Source: Planctomycetota bacterium (GTDB taxonomy: Bacteria > Planctomycetota > UBA1135 > UBA2386). From it: 64,000 nt of DNA. A program made the translations under genes and the position numbers. A model generated the notes under the pieces. The model was not told the origin of the DNA. It made no database searches and worked only from the letters and a program-made list of their open reading frames with translations. Position 1 is the first letter of the stretch. Every line of letters begins with the position of its first letter. The DNA is taken from positions 3,648,001-3,712,000 of the forward strand of contig JBKAGP010000001.1 of the NCBI GenBank assembly GCA_046290465.1, written 5' to 3'. Positions 8,351 through 17,030 of this stretch are shown one piece after another.

Positions 8351-9628
8351 ATGATCTTGCTGCTGGCGGCCCTGCTTCCGACGATTGCGCCACAAGGGGA
8401 CGACTGGCCGCAGTGGCGCGGACCGACGCGCGACGGTGTCTGGCGCGAACAGGGCATCGTCGAGCAGCTGCCCGAACGGCTCTCGCCCCGTTGGCAGGTC
8501 GAGATCGGCGCGGGCTACACCGGGCCGACCGTCGCCGACGGCCGCGTCTACGTCATGGATCGGCTCGACGAACCCGACGAGGTCGAACGGGTGCACTGCT
8601 TTGCCTGGCAGACCGGCGAACCGATCTGGTCGCACAGCTACGCGTGCTCGTATGCAGGGGTCTCCTACACGGCGGGGCCGCGCTGCGCCGTGCAGATCTT
8701 CGACGGCCTCGCCTACAGCCTCGGCGCCAAGGGCCACCTGCACTGCTTCGACGCGAAGACCGGCGAGGTCGTGTGGCAGCAGGACCTCGACGCCGCATAC
8801 ACGATCGACCTGCCGATCTGGGGCATCGCCGCGGCACCGGTCGTCGAAGGCGACCTGCTGATCGTGCCCGCGTGCGGCAAGGACGCCTACCTCGTCGCGT
8901 TCGATCGCCGCACCGGCAAACCCCGCTGGGCCGCGCACTCGGACCGCGGCAACTACTCGGCGCCCATCGTGATCGAACAGGCCGGCAAGCGCCTGCTGGT
9001 CTGCTGGTCCGGCGATCGTGTGCTCGCCGTGCATCCGGACACCGGCAAGCTCGCCTGGGAATACCCGCTGAAGTCGCGCAACATGCCGCTCGGCGTCGCG
9101 TCGCCGCTCCTGCACGAGGACTGCCTGTTCCTGACCGGCTTCTACGACGGCTGCGCGCTGCTGCGCCTCGACCAGGAGAAGCTCGCCGTCGAGGAACTAT
9201 GGCGCCTGCGCGGCCCGAGCGAGCGCCGCACGCGCGGCCTGCACAGCACGATCTCGACGCCGATCGCGCTCGGCGGGCACGTCTACGGCGTCGACAGCTA
9301 CGGCGAACTACGCTGCCTCGCACTCGCCGACGGCAGCCGCGTCTGGGAGGACCGGACCGCCGTGCCGCGAAGCCGCTGGGCGACGATCCACTTCGTGCGC
9401 AACGGCGAACGCATCTGGATGTTCAACGAACGCGGCGAACTGCTGATCGCCCGCCTGTCGCCCGACGGCTTCGAGGAGATCGACCGCGCAGCGTTGATCT
9501 CGCCGACCCGCGGCCAGCTCAACCGCCGCGGTGGAGTCTGCTGGTCCCATCCCGCGTTCGCCTACGGCCACGTGTTCGCACGCAACGACGAACGGCTCGT
9601 CTGCGCCGACCTGCGACGGGCGAAGTGA
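8351..9628 (+). CDS. PQQ-binding-like beta-propeller protein
   Basis: MILLLAALL signal peptide, DWPQWRGP, GYTGPTV, YSAP, WSHPA. Confidence 0.92.
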   Translation: MILLLAALLPTIAPQGDDWPQWRGPTRDGVWREQGIVEQLPERLSPRWQVEIGAGYTGPTVADGRVYVMDRLDEPDEVERVHCFAWQTGEPIWSHSYACSYAGVSYTAGPRCAVQIFDGLAYSLGAKGHLHCFDAKTGEVVWQQDLDAAYTIDLPIWGIAAAPVVEGDLLIVPACGKDAYLVAFDRRTGKPRWAAHSDRGNYSAPIVIEQAGKRLLVCWSGDRVLAVHPDTGKLAWEYPLKSRNMPLGVASPLLHEDCLFLTGFYDGCALLRLDQEKLAVEELWRLRGPSERRTRGLHSTISTPIALGGHVYGVDSYGELRCLALADGSRVWEDRTAVPRSRWATIHFVRNGERIWMFNERGELLIARLSPDGFEEIDRAALISPTRGQLNRRGGVCWSHPAFAYGHVFARNDERLVCADLRRAK

Positions 9629-9677
9629 CGCCATCCCCCGACCCTGCATCGCGGACCCCGATGGCGGGCACCGCATG

Positions 9678-9737
9678 AAACACCGCATACCGAACCCGGT
9701 TCAGCCTGCGCCGTGAACCGGGTTCGGTATGCGGTGT
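9678..9737. repeat. REP/REPIN-like palindrome, copy 3 (15-nt internal deletion)
   Basis: Same as copy 2 but lacks acggcgcaggctgaa between two tgaa microhomologies. Confidence 0.9.
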
Positions 9738-9825
9738 CCGGCTGCGGCGGGCGTGGTGGGAGGTTGCTGGTGGCGGATCCGGGTGCGGGGGTGACGGGCG
9801 GTGCGGGACCCTGCACGATGGCGGG

Positions 9826-11181
9826 ATGCACACCGCGATGATCGCGTTCGCTCTCTCGTTGGCGGCGCCGGCGCTGCTTGCGCAGCAGGCGCAGGACCCG
9901 GCGGCGACCAGTTGGCCGTCCTACCACGGTGCGTTCGGCCGCGGCGTCGCCGACGGCTTCGCGACGCCGGTCGAGTGGGACGTCGAGGCGGGCACCAACA
10001 TCGCCTGGTCGACCAAGATCCCGGGCCTGTCGCACTCGTCGCCGGTCGTCTGGGGTGACAAGGTATTCGTCAACACGGCGATCAAGGAAGGCGACGACGA
10101 CGCGGAGCTGCGCGTTGGCCTCTACGGCGACATCAAGTCGGTCGAGGACGACTCGGAGCACGAGTTCCGGCTGCTGTGCCTCGATCGCAACAGCGGCGCG
10201 GTGCTGTGGTCCAAGCTCGTGTGGAAGGGCGTGCCGGCGATCAAGCGGCACCCGAAGGGCTCGCACGCAGCGTCGACGCCCGCGACCGACGGCGAACGCG
10301 TGGCGGTGTTCCACGGCACCGAAGGCCTGCACGTGTTCGACATGCAGGGCGAACTGCTGTGGAAGAAGGAGTTCGGGGTGCTCGACGCCGGCTTCTTCCG
10401 GATGCCGTCGGCGCAGTGGGGCTGGGCCAGTTCGCCGGTGCTGCACGGCGGCCGCGTCTACGTCCAGGCCGACCACCAGAAGGACAGCTTCGTCGCCGCG
10501 TTCGACGCCAAGACCGGCGAGCAGCTCTGGCGCACCGCGCGCGACGAGGTGCCGACCTGGTCGACGCCGACCGTGCACATCAGCGAAGGCCGCCGCCAGC
10601 TGGTGCTCAACGGCTGGAAGCACATGGGTGGCTACGACCTCGACACCGGCAAGGAACTCTGGTGGCTCGAAGGCACCGGCGACATCCCGGTGCCGACGCC
10701 GGTCGCAGCACATGGACGGATCTTCTTGACCAACGCCCACGGCGGACCTGCGCGCATCCTGGCGATCGCCGAGGACGCCGAGGGCGAACTGTCGGTCGAC
10801 GCCGACGGGGAGAACGTCGTCTGGGCAAACCGTCGCTACGGCGCCTACATGCAGTCGCCGTTCGTCTACGGCGACGAACTCTACGTGTGCCGGGACAACG
10901 GCGTGATCACCTGCTGGGACGCCAAGACCGGCACCCAGCACTACCGCCAGCGGCTGACCGCCGGCGTCGGCTACACGGCGTCGGGCGTCGCCGCCGACGG
11001 CAAGCTCTACTACCCGAGCGAGGAGGGCGTCGTGCACGTCGTCAAGGCCGGCAAGAGCTACCAACTGCTGGCGACCAACGACCTCGGCGAGACCTGCATG
11101 GCGTCGCCCGCGATCTCGCAGGGCATGCTGCTGTTCCGCACCCGCACGCAGCTGATCGCGGTGGCCGCGCCGAAGAAGTAG
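9826..11181 (+). CDS. PQQ-binding-like beta-propeller protein
   Basis: Signal peptide, SWPSYHG, HSSPVVWG, TWSTP, YMQSP, CMASPA. Confidence 0.92.
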   Translation: MHTAMIAFALSLAAPALLAQQAQDPAATSWPSYHGAFGRGVADGFATPVEWDVEAGTNIAWSTKIPGLSHSSPVVWGDKVFVNTAIKEGDDDAELRVGLYGDIKSVEDDSEHEFRLLCLDRNSGAVLWSKLVWKGVPAIKRHPKGSHAASTPATDGERVAVFHGTEGLHVFDMQGELLWKKEFGVLDAGFFRMPSAQWGWASSPVLHGGRVYVQADHQKDSFVAAFDAKTGEQLWRTARDEVPTWSTPTVHISEGRRQLVLNGWKHMGGYDLDTGKELWWLEGTGDIPVPTPVAAHGRIFLTNAHGGPARILAIAEDAEGELSVDADGENVVWANRRYGAYMQSPFVYGDELYVCRDNGVITCWDAKTGTQHYRQRLTAGVGYTASGVAADGKLYYPSEEGVVHVVKAGKSYQLLATNDLGETCMASPAISQGMLLFRTRTQLIAVAAPKK

Positions 11182-11236
11182 CGGCGCCCTTACGCAGAGC
11201 TGACGCAAGCTCGGGCGCGACGCGTAGCATCGGGAC

Positions 11237-12607
11237 ATGTCGCCCGTGCTGCCCGCCCTGTTCGTCGCCGCGATGTCCTGCGGCCTGCCGCTCGCCCAGC
11301 AAGGCCGGCAGGCGACTCCGGAGAGCCGGCCAGGGCTCGAGGCGCAGCACCAGCGCGGCGACTGGAGCAGCTGGCGCGGCCCGCTCGGCACCGGCGTGGC
11401 GCCGCAGGCCGATCCGCCGATCCAGTGGAGCGAACGGCAGAACGTGCGCTTCAAGGTCGCGGTGCCCGGCTTCGGCTACGGCACACCGATCGTGCACGGC
11501 AACCAGGTCTTCGTGACCGCGGCGGAGCCGTTCGGGCCCGAACTCGCGCCGGTGCCCGACGACGCACCCGGTGCGCACGACAACGCGCGCGTCACGCAGA
11601 AGCACCGCTTCCTGGCGATGGCGTTCGACGCACGCACCGGCGAGCAGCTGTGGCGAACGGACCTGCACCAACAGCTGCCGCACGCGGGCTTCCACCAGAG
11701 CAGCGCGCTCGCAGCGGCGTCGGCGGTGACCGATGGCGAACACGTGTTCGCGTTCTTCGGCTCGTACGGCCTCTACTGCCTGACGGTCGACGGCGATCTG
11801 GTCTGGCAGACCGACCTCGGCGACATGGACATCAAGCACGGCCACGGCGAAGGCGTCACGCCGGTGCTGCACGGCGACACGCTGGTCGTCAACTGGGACC
11901 ACGAGGGGCCGTCGTTCGTCGTCGCGTTCGACAAGGCGACCGGCGAGGAGCGCTGGCGCAAGCAGCGCGACGAGGTGACCTCGTGGTCGACGCCGATCAC
12001 CGTCGAGCACGACGGCCGCGTGCAGGTGATCGTCAGCGCGACCGGCGCCGTGCGCGCCTACGACCTCGCGACCGGCGACGTGATCTGGTCGTGCCGCGGC
12101 CTGTCGCACAACGTCGTCGCGTCGCCGGTCGCCGCGGACGGCTTCGTCTACGCGGGCAGCAGCTACGAGAAGCGGCGCATGTTCGCCGTCGAGCTGCAAG
12201 GCGCCAAGGGCGACATCACCAACACCGACAGCGTCGTCTGGCGTCGGCAGCGCGGCACCCCCTACGTGCCCTCGCCGCTGCTCTACGGTGAGTGGCTCTA
12301 CTTCCTCAACCACTACCAGGGCTTCCTGGCGCGCGTGCATGCGAGGACCGGACGCGAAGCCCACCGCCCGATCCGCCTGCCCGGCATGCGCGCGATCTAC
12401 GCCTCGCCGGTCGGCGCCGCCAACCGGATCTACCTGACCGATCGCGAAGGTGTCACGCTCGTGCTCGCGCATCCTGCGAACGGCGCCGAGCCCGAGGTGC
12501 TGGCGCGCAACGTGCTCGACGACAGCTTCAGCGCGTCGATGGCGGTCGTCGGCGACGCGATCTACCTGCGCGGCCGGCAGCACCTGTACTGCCTCGCCAG
12601 GCCGTAG
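11237..12607 (+). CDS. PQQ-binding-like beta-propeller protein
   Basis: DWSSWRGP, YGTPIV, VNWDHEG, EVTSWSTP, YVPSP, YASP. Close paralog of the gene at 1-1830. Confidence 0.92.
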   Translation: MSPVLPALFVAAMSCGLPLAQQGRQATPESRPGLEAQHQRGDWSSWRGPLGTGVAPQADPPIQWSERQNVRFKVAVPGFGYGTPIVHGNQVFVTAAEPFGPELAPVPDDAPGAHDNARVTQKHRFLAMAFDARTGEQLWRTDLHQQLPHAGFHQSSALAAASAVTDGEHVFAFFGSYGLYCLTVDGDLVWQTDLGDMDIKHGHGEGVTPVLHGDTLVVNWDHEGPSFVVAFDKATGEERWRKQRDEVTSWSTPITVEHDGRVQVIVSATGAVRAYDLATGDVIWSCRGLSHNVVASPVAADGFVYAGSSYEKRRMFAVELQGAKGDITNTDSVVWRRQRGTPYVPSPLLYGEWLYFLNHYQGFLARVHARTGREAHRPIRLPGMRAIYASPVGAANRIYLTDREGVTLVLAHPANGAEPEVLARNVLDDSFSASMAVVGDAIYLRGRQHLYCLARP

Positions 12608-12616
12608 CGGCGACCG

Positions 12617-14797
12617 CTACTTCTTCTCGACACGCTCGAACATGAGCTTCTGGTCCTTGCCGATGCGCAGCGCAATCGTCTTGGGGCCGGAGGCCGGCGT
12701 GATGATCTCGAGGTCGACCGGAATGCCGGAGATCGGGTAGGCGCCGTCCTTCTTCTCGTCGACACAGACGCGGTTGCGATCGCCGTCCGGGCCGAACCAG
12801 AGCTCGCCGTCCGAGACCGACATCGCGACCTCACGCTCGCCGAGCGGGGTGTTCTTCATGGTCGGCTTGTAGCGGCCGAGGATCGACGCGAACTCCTTCT
12901 TCAGCGCCTCGGTATCGCGCGCGATCTCGGCCGGCGTGCGCATCAGCCGCCGGATGGCGCTCGGCTGCGCAAACGCGTCGCCGACCTCCACCCACTCGGC
13001 CCCCTGCAAGGCCATCACGTGCTCCTGGCCGTCCTCGGCGCGGTAGCGCGTGATGCTCTGCGGTAGCGTCAGCCCGGAGAGGCGCTGCGAGCCGTGGTAG
13101 ACCAGCGTCGACCGCCGCGCGCCCTCGGTGCCGCGGAGGCGGCCCGAGTCGACGGCGAAGTAGAACGAACGGCTGTCCCCCGCGCTCGACGCGGTGACCT
13201 TCCAGCACTCGGTCTCCGCGAACCGCACCGGGCCGGAGGTCTTCGCCCCCTCGGGGCACGTCGGCGCAAACAGCTGCGACAGCGGGAACAGCTGCTGCAG
13301 CTCGAACCGCTCGTCGCCGGAGACCATGCGCGCGCCCTGCGGTTCGATCGCCCAGCACGAGTCCTGGTCGCACACGTAGTCGAGGCCTCCCTCGTCGAGA
13401 TGCTGCACCCACAGGTCCGGCGCGACCAGCGTCATCGTCATCGGCTCCGGCGGCAGCCCGCGCAGCGGGATCGCCCAGGTGCCGGTCAGCCGCAGCGCCT
13501 TGCCCTCGACCGCGAAGGCGTCGGCGGCAACGGCCGCTGCGTGCTTGTCGAACAGGTCCTTCGCGGCGGGCGCATCCGCCGCGGCGTCCCCGCCAGCCCC
13601 CTTGGCGACGCCACCGCCCCGGTGGTCGAGGCACGCCATGTCGCCAAGGCTGTTGCGCACGTAGATCAGCCCCCCGACGAACACCGGCATCGTCCAGTAG
13701 ACGCCGCCCTCGAGCACCTTCTTGCGCGACAGCTCGCGGAACTCGTCCGGGTCCGCCTCGGCGACGATCAGTTCGCCGTCCGAGTTGAGCACCAGCAGGC
13801 GACCGCCTGCCATCGACAGCGAACCGAGACCCAGGCCGCGCACGCGCCACTTCGACTTGCCGTTGCTGTCGAGGCAGCGGAGCATCGACTCGTCGAAGCC
13901 GTAGAGGTGGTCCTCGTGCAGCACGCACGCGGTCACCTTGTTGCGCATGCGCTTGTTCGACCACAGCCGTTCGGGCTCCTTGTCGTCGCCGAGCCGGATC
14001 ATCGCCGCGCCCTTGTTGTAGGCCGTCGACAAGAACACGCGATCCTCGCCGACCGCGATCGGCACCGCGCAGTGCACGGCGCTGCCCATCAGCGGCCACG
14101 GGTATTCGTAGAGCACGCGGCCGTCGTCGCGCGCGTGCACGAAGAACGTCGTCGCGCGCATCGCGGCCAGCGCCGGCGTGCCGCCCACCTCGAGCATCGC
14201 GAGGTTGGAGTAGGACGCGTCGCCGAGGTCGTTGGTCTTCCAGATGACGGCGCCGTCCTGCTTGCGCACGGCAGCGACGAGGCCGCCGAACTGCAGGTAG
14301 ATGCGGTCGTTCTCGAGCAGCGGCGACGCCGAGAAGCCGTGGAAGGTCCTCTCGACCTGCCACTCCTTCGCATAGTCGCGGGTCCAGGCGACCTTGCCGT
14401 TGGCGAGGTCGAGCACGTGCAACACGCCGAAGCGGTTGAGGCAGTAGACGCGGCCGTCGTGGATCGTCGGCGTCGTCAGCGTGCCGCCGCCGTGGTAGCG
14501 CGGTTCGTCGGACGAGTCGTATTCGTACTTCCAGAGCCGCTTGCCCGTCTTGGCGTCGAGGCAGAGCACGCGATCGACGCCCTCCTTCTCGTGGTAGCCC
14601 ATCGTGACGAGCTGGCCGCCCACGATCGACGGGCACGAGTAGCCGAGCCCGACGTTGGCGCGCCACAGCGGCTCGTCCGCGCCGACCGGCGACCAGTCGC
14701 GCGCGGCGACGATTGCGGTGCGGTCCGGGCCGCGGTATTCCGGCCAATCGGGACCCTGGGGAGCGGACAGAACGAGGGCACTGAAGAGGGTGAGCAT
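12617..14797 (-). CDS. PQQ-binding-like beta-propeller protein with about 330 aa of additional C-terminal domains
   Basis: MLTLFSALVL signal peptide, DWPEYRGP, GYSCPS, FSASP, YWTMP, then an Ala-rich linker and an unrelated beta-rich region. Confidence 0.88.
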   Translation of the reverse strand: MLTLFSALVLSAPQGPDWPEYRGPDRTAIVAARDWSPVGADEPLWRANVGLGYSCPSIVGGQLVTMGYHEKEGVDRVLCLDAKTGKRLWKYEYDSSDEPRYHGGGTLTTPTIHDGRVYCLNRFGVLHVLDLANGKVAWTRDYAKEWQVERTFHGFSASPLLENDRIYLQFGGLVAAVRKQDGAVIWKTNDLGDASYSNLAMLEVGGTPALAAMRATTFFVHARDDGRVLYEYPWPLMGSAVHCAVPIAVGEDRVFLSTAYNKGAAMIRLGDDKEPERLWSNKRMRNKVTACVLHEDHLYGFDESMLRCLDSNGKSKWRVRGLGLGSLSMAGGRLLVLNSDGELIVAEADPDEFRELSRKKVLEGGVYWTMPVFVGGLIYVRNSLGDMACLDHRGGGVAKGAGGDAAADAPAAKDLFDKHAAAVAADAFAVEGKALRLTGTWAIPLRGLPPEPMTMTLVAPDLWVQHLDEGGLDYVCDQDSCWAIEPQGARMVSGDERFELQQLFPLSQLFAPTCPEGAKTSGPVRFAETECWKVTASSAGDSRSFYFAVDSGRLRGTEGARRSTLVYHGSQRLSGLTLPQSITRYRAEDGQEHVMALQGAEWVEVGDAFAQPSAIRRLMRTPAEIARDTEALKKEFASILGRYKPTMKNTPLGEREVAMSVSDGELWFGPDGDRNRVCVDEKKDGAYPISGIPVDLEIITPASGPKTIALRIGKDQKLMFERVEKK

Positions 14798-14852
14798 GGG
14801 CCCGCACATGGTAGCCCTGCAGCCGCACACGCGGCTTTCAAAGAGCACGGTG

Positions 14853-14881
14853 TTGACAACAACGACGCAGCTCGCTATGGT
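14853..14881 (+). promoter_or_regulatory. sigma70-type promoter
   Basis: TTGACA (14853-58), 17-bp spacer, TATGGT (14876-81). Confidence 0.8.
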
Positions 14882-14892
14882 CCCGCGCCGCC

Positions 14893-14964
14893 ATGAGCCA
14901 CCAGTTGCACAACCAGATCGACACGTCGCGCTTTCGCGACCTGAGGTCTACGCACGCGAGCTGA
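14893..14964 (+). CDS. Putative leader peptide MSHQLHNQIDTSRFRDLRSTHAS
   Basis: ATG lies a few nt after the predicted TSS, and the stop lies about 25 nt before a terminator hairpin. Confidence 0.5.
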   Translation: MSHQLHNQIDTSRFRDLRSTHAS

Positions 14965-14988
14965 TCGATCCACGATCGCTCTCGTCAC

Positions 14989-15031
14989 AAAGGCCTCGCC
15001 ACCGATTGCGGTGCGAGGCCTTTTCGGTTTT
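14989..15031 (+). terminator. Intrinsic terminator / attenuator hairpin
   Basis: aaaggcctcg-c-caccg-attg-cggtg-cgaggccttt followed by tcggtttt. Confidence 0.75.
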
Positions 15032-15096
15032 GGAACCGGCTGCATGGCCGAACCGGCAGTGCGACCCTGCCACACACGGAAGAAGGAGGACTCCCG

Positions 15097-15129
15097 ATGA
15101 ACGACATCTGCACCGAACAACTCGTCTGA
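15097..15129 (+). CDS. Mini-ORF MNDICTEQLV with strong RBS
   Basis: gaaggagga immediately upstream, nearly identical to the slipin gene RBS. Confidence 0.35.
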   Translation: MNDICTEQLV

Positions 15130-15212
15130 ACGCCGTCCGGCGGCGCGCTCCCGGCCCATCGAGGTTCCGGCTGCGTGTTCCGCGACACGGGTTCTCACGG
15201 CGTCAGATCGCG

Positions 15213-15284
15213 CGTTGCGTAGCTCAATGGTAGAGCACGGGACTGTTGATCCCGGGGTTACGGGTTCGAATCCCGTCCAGCCGA
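15213..15284 (+). ncRNA. tRNA-like RNA (pseudo-tRNA-Asn, GTT) with broken acceptor stem
   Basis: D arm GCTC/GAGC, anticodon arm CGGGA-CTGTTGA-TCCCG and T arm ACGGG-TTCGAAT-CCCGT all pair perfectly. Acceptor cgttgcg/ccagccg pairs poorly, and no CCA is encoded. Confidence 0.85.
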
Positions 15285-15710
15285 GGCACTCGGCACCTCT
15301 TGCCCAAAAGGGCGCACCCGACGCGTGTTCCTGCCGGCGTCCGCGCGACGCCGCGACCGCCTGCGAATCGCTCCCGACGAGCGGCACGCAGGACCGTTCG
15401 ATCACCTTGCACCATTCGACTCGCGCCGCGGAAGCGGCGCGGCAACGGCACCGTTGTGCGCCCAGGTTGCGATCCGCGGACCTCTGCGATCCTTCCGAAA
15501 CGCACGGCGTCGCCCGCACCGCGTCGCGCCGCTTCGCCTGCGCCTGGTCCGTGATCGCGGCGGGGTCGCTGCGACACGTGGCGCTGGCGGGGCACCTTTC
15601 TCGACGTATCCCGACCACTGCATTCCCCCGTCGCCGGCGATCAGGAACGGCGCCTGCGACGGCTCAGCCTTCACGTTCCAACCAACTCCCCACCTCCGAA
15701 GGAGGACCCC

Positions 15711-16829
15711 ATGATCCGCACCTACATCAAGCAGCACGAGATCGGTCTCGTGTTCCGTCGCGGCGACCTCAGCCGCGTGCTCGAGCCGGGCCGGCACATC
15801 CTGCCGGAGCGGCTGCTGCCCGACACCCGCATCGAGAAGCACTCGATGCTCGACACCCGCTTCCGTCACGACTCCCTCGACACGCTCGTCGAGAACGAGA
15901 CCCTGCGTTCGCACCTCGAGATCGTCGATCTCAGCGAGGACGACCGCGCGGTCGTGTGGCGCAACGGCTGCCTGTACGACTTCGTCGGCTCCGGCCGCTA
16001 CGCGTATTGGAAGACTCCGCACACGCTGAAGGTCGAGGCCTTCAACGTGGCGGAGGTCGAGTTTCGTCACCCGCAGCGCGATGCGATCATGACCATGCCG
16101 CAGGCTCCCGAGCACCTGCTCGGGGTCGACGTCGACTCGCACGAGCGCCTGCTCGTGCGGCGCGGCGGCGAACTGGTCGGGGTCTACGGCGGCGGGCGTC
16201 ACGCGTTCTGGTCGCGCGGTCGACTGATCACCTGGACGGCCGTGGACATGCGCGAGCAGATCGCGGACGTCGCCGGACAGGAGATCATGACCGCCGACAA
16301 GGTCACGCTGCGACTCAACCTCGTCGTTGCCTGGCGCGTCACCGATCCCGAACGGAGCACCAGCGTCGTCGACAACGCGGCCGGGGCCGTCTACCGCGAA
16401 GCCCAGCTCGCGCTGCGCGCCGCGGTCGGCACCCGCGAACTCGACCGCCTGCTGTCCGACAAGGACAAGGTGGCCAACGAGGTCCGCGCGTCGATCACGC
16501 CGCGAGCGTCCGAGTTCGGCGTCGCGATCGCGTCGGTCGGCATCCGAGACATCGTGCTGCCCGGCGAGATGAAGACGATCCTCAACCAGGTCATCGAGGC
16601 CGAGAAGAAGGCGGAGGCCAACCTGATCCGTCGTCGCGAAGAGACCGCGGCGGCGCGCAGCCAGGCCAACACCGCCAAGCTGCTGGCCGAACACCCCGTC
16701 CTGCTCCGCATGAAGGAGCTCGAGTCGCTCGAAGCGATCCTGCGCGACGCGCGCACGACCTTCGTGTTCGGCTCGGGTGACATCACGCGACAGGTGAAGA
16801 GCCTGATCGCCTCCGGCGAACAGGAATGA
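15711..16829 (+). CDS. Slipin / SPFH (band-7) family protein
   Basis: VDMRE...GQEIMTADKVTLRLN, GIRDIVLPGEMKTILNQVIEAEKKAEANLIRRREETAAARSQANTAKLL. AGGAGG RBS. Confidence 0.9.
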   Translation: MIRTYIKQHEIGLVFRRGDLSRVLEPGRHILPERLLPDTRIEKHSMLDTRFRHDSLDTLVENETLRSHLEIVDLSEDDRAVVWRNGCLYDFVGSGRYAYWKTPHTLKVEAFNVAEVEFRHPQRDAIMTMPQAPEHLLGVDVDSHERLLVRRGGELVGVYGGGRHAFWSRGRLITWTAVDMREQIADVAGQEIMTADKVTLRLNLVVAWRVTDPERSTSVVDNAAGAVYREAQLALRAAVGTRELDRLLSDKDKVANEVRASITPRASEFGVAIASVGIRDIVLPGEMKTILNQVIEAEKKAEANLIRRREETAAARSQANTAKLLAEHPVLLRMKELESLEAILRDARTTFVFGSGDITRQVKSLIASGEQE

Positions 16830-17030
16830 CCGGACCACCCGGTCCGCGCGTCCTCGGCGGCATCCGTCGCCGGGGACGCGTCCCATCGCCGTACCGAGTC
16901 GTTTTCCGGTGACAGGAACGCGCGCGGTCCGTTCACAGCGCACTGCCGCCGAGCGACCCGCCGACCCCACGGCTCGCCACGTGCACACGGCCGGATGGCT
17001 GCCTCCATCCGGACCCAAGGAAGAAAGAGC

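Noticed and set aside
15213..15284. Functional tRNA-Asn
   Set aside because: The acceptor stem is largely unpaired, position 37 is G, and the discriminator is atypical. It is reported as a tRNA-like RNA.
15290..15700. Additional tRNA-like units (gttcgatc, ttcgactc, ggttgcgatcc)
   Set aside because: T-loop-like words are present, but I could not fold flanking arms convincingly. A covariance-model search is needed.
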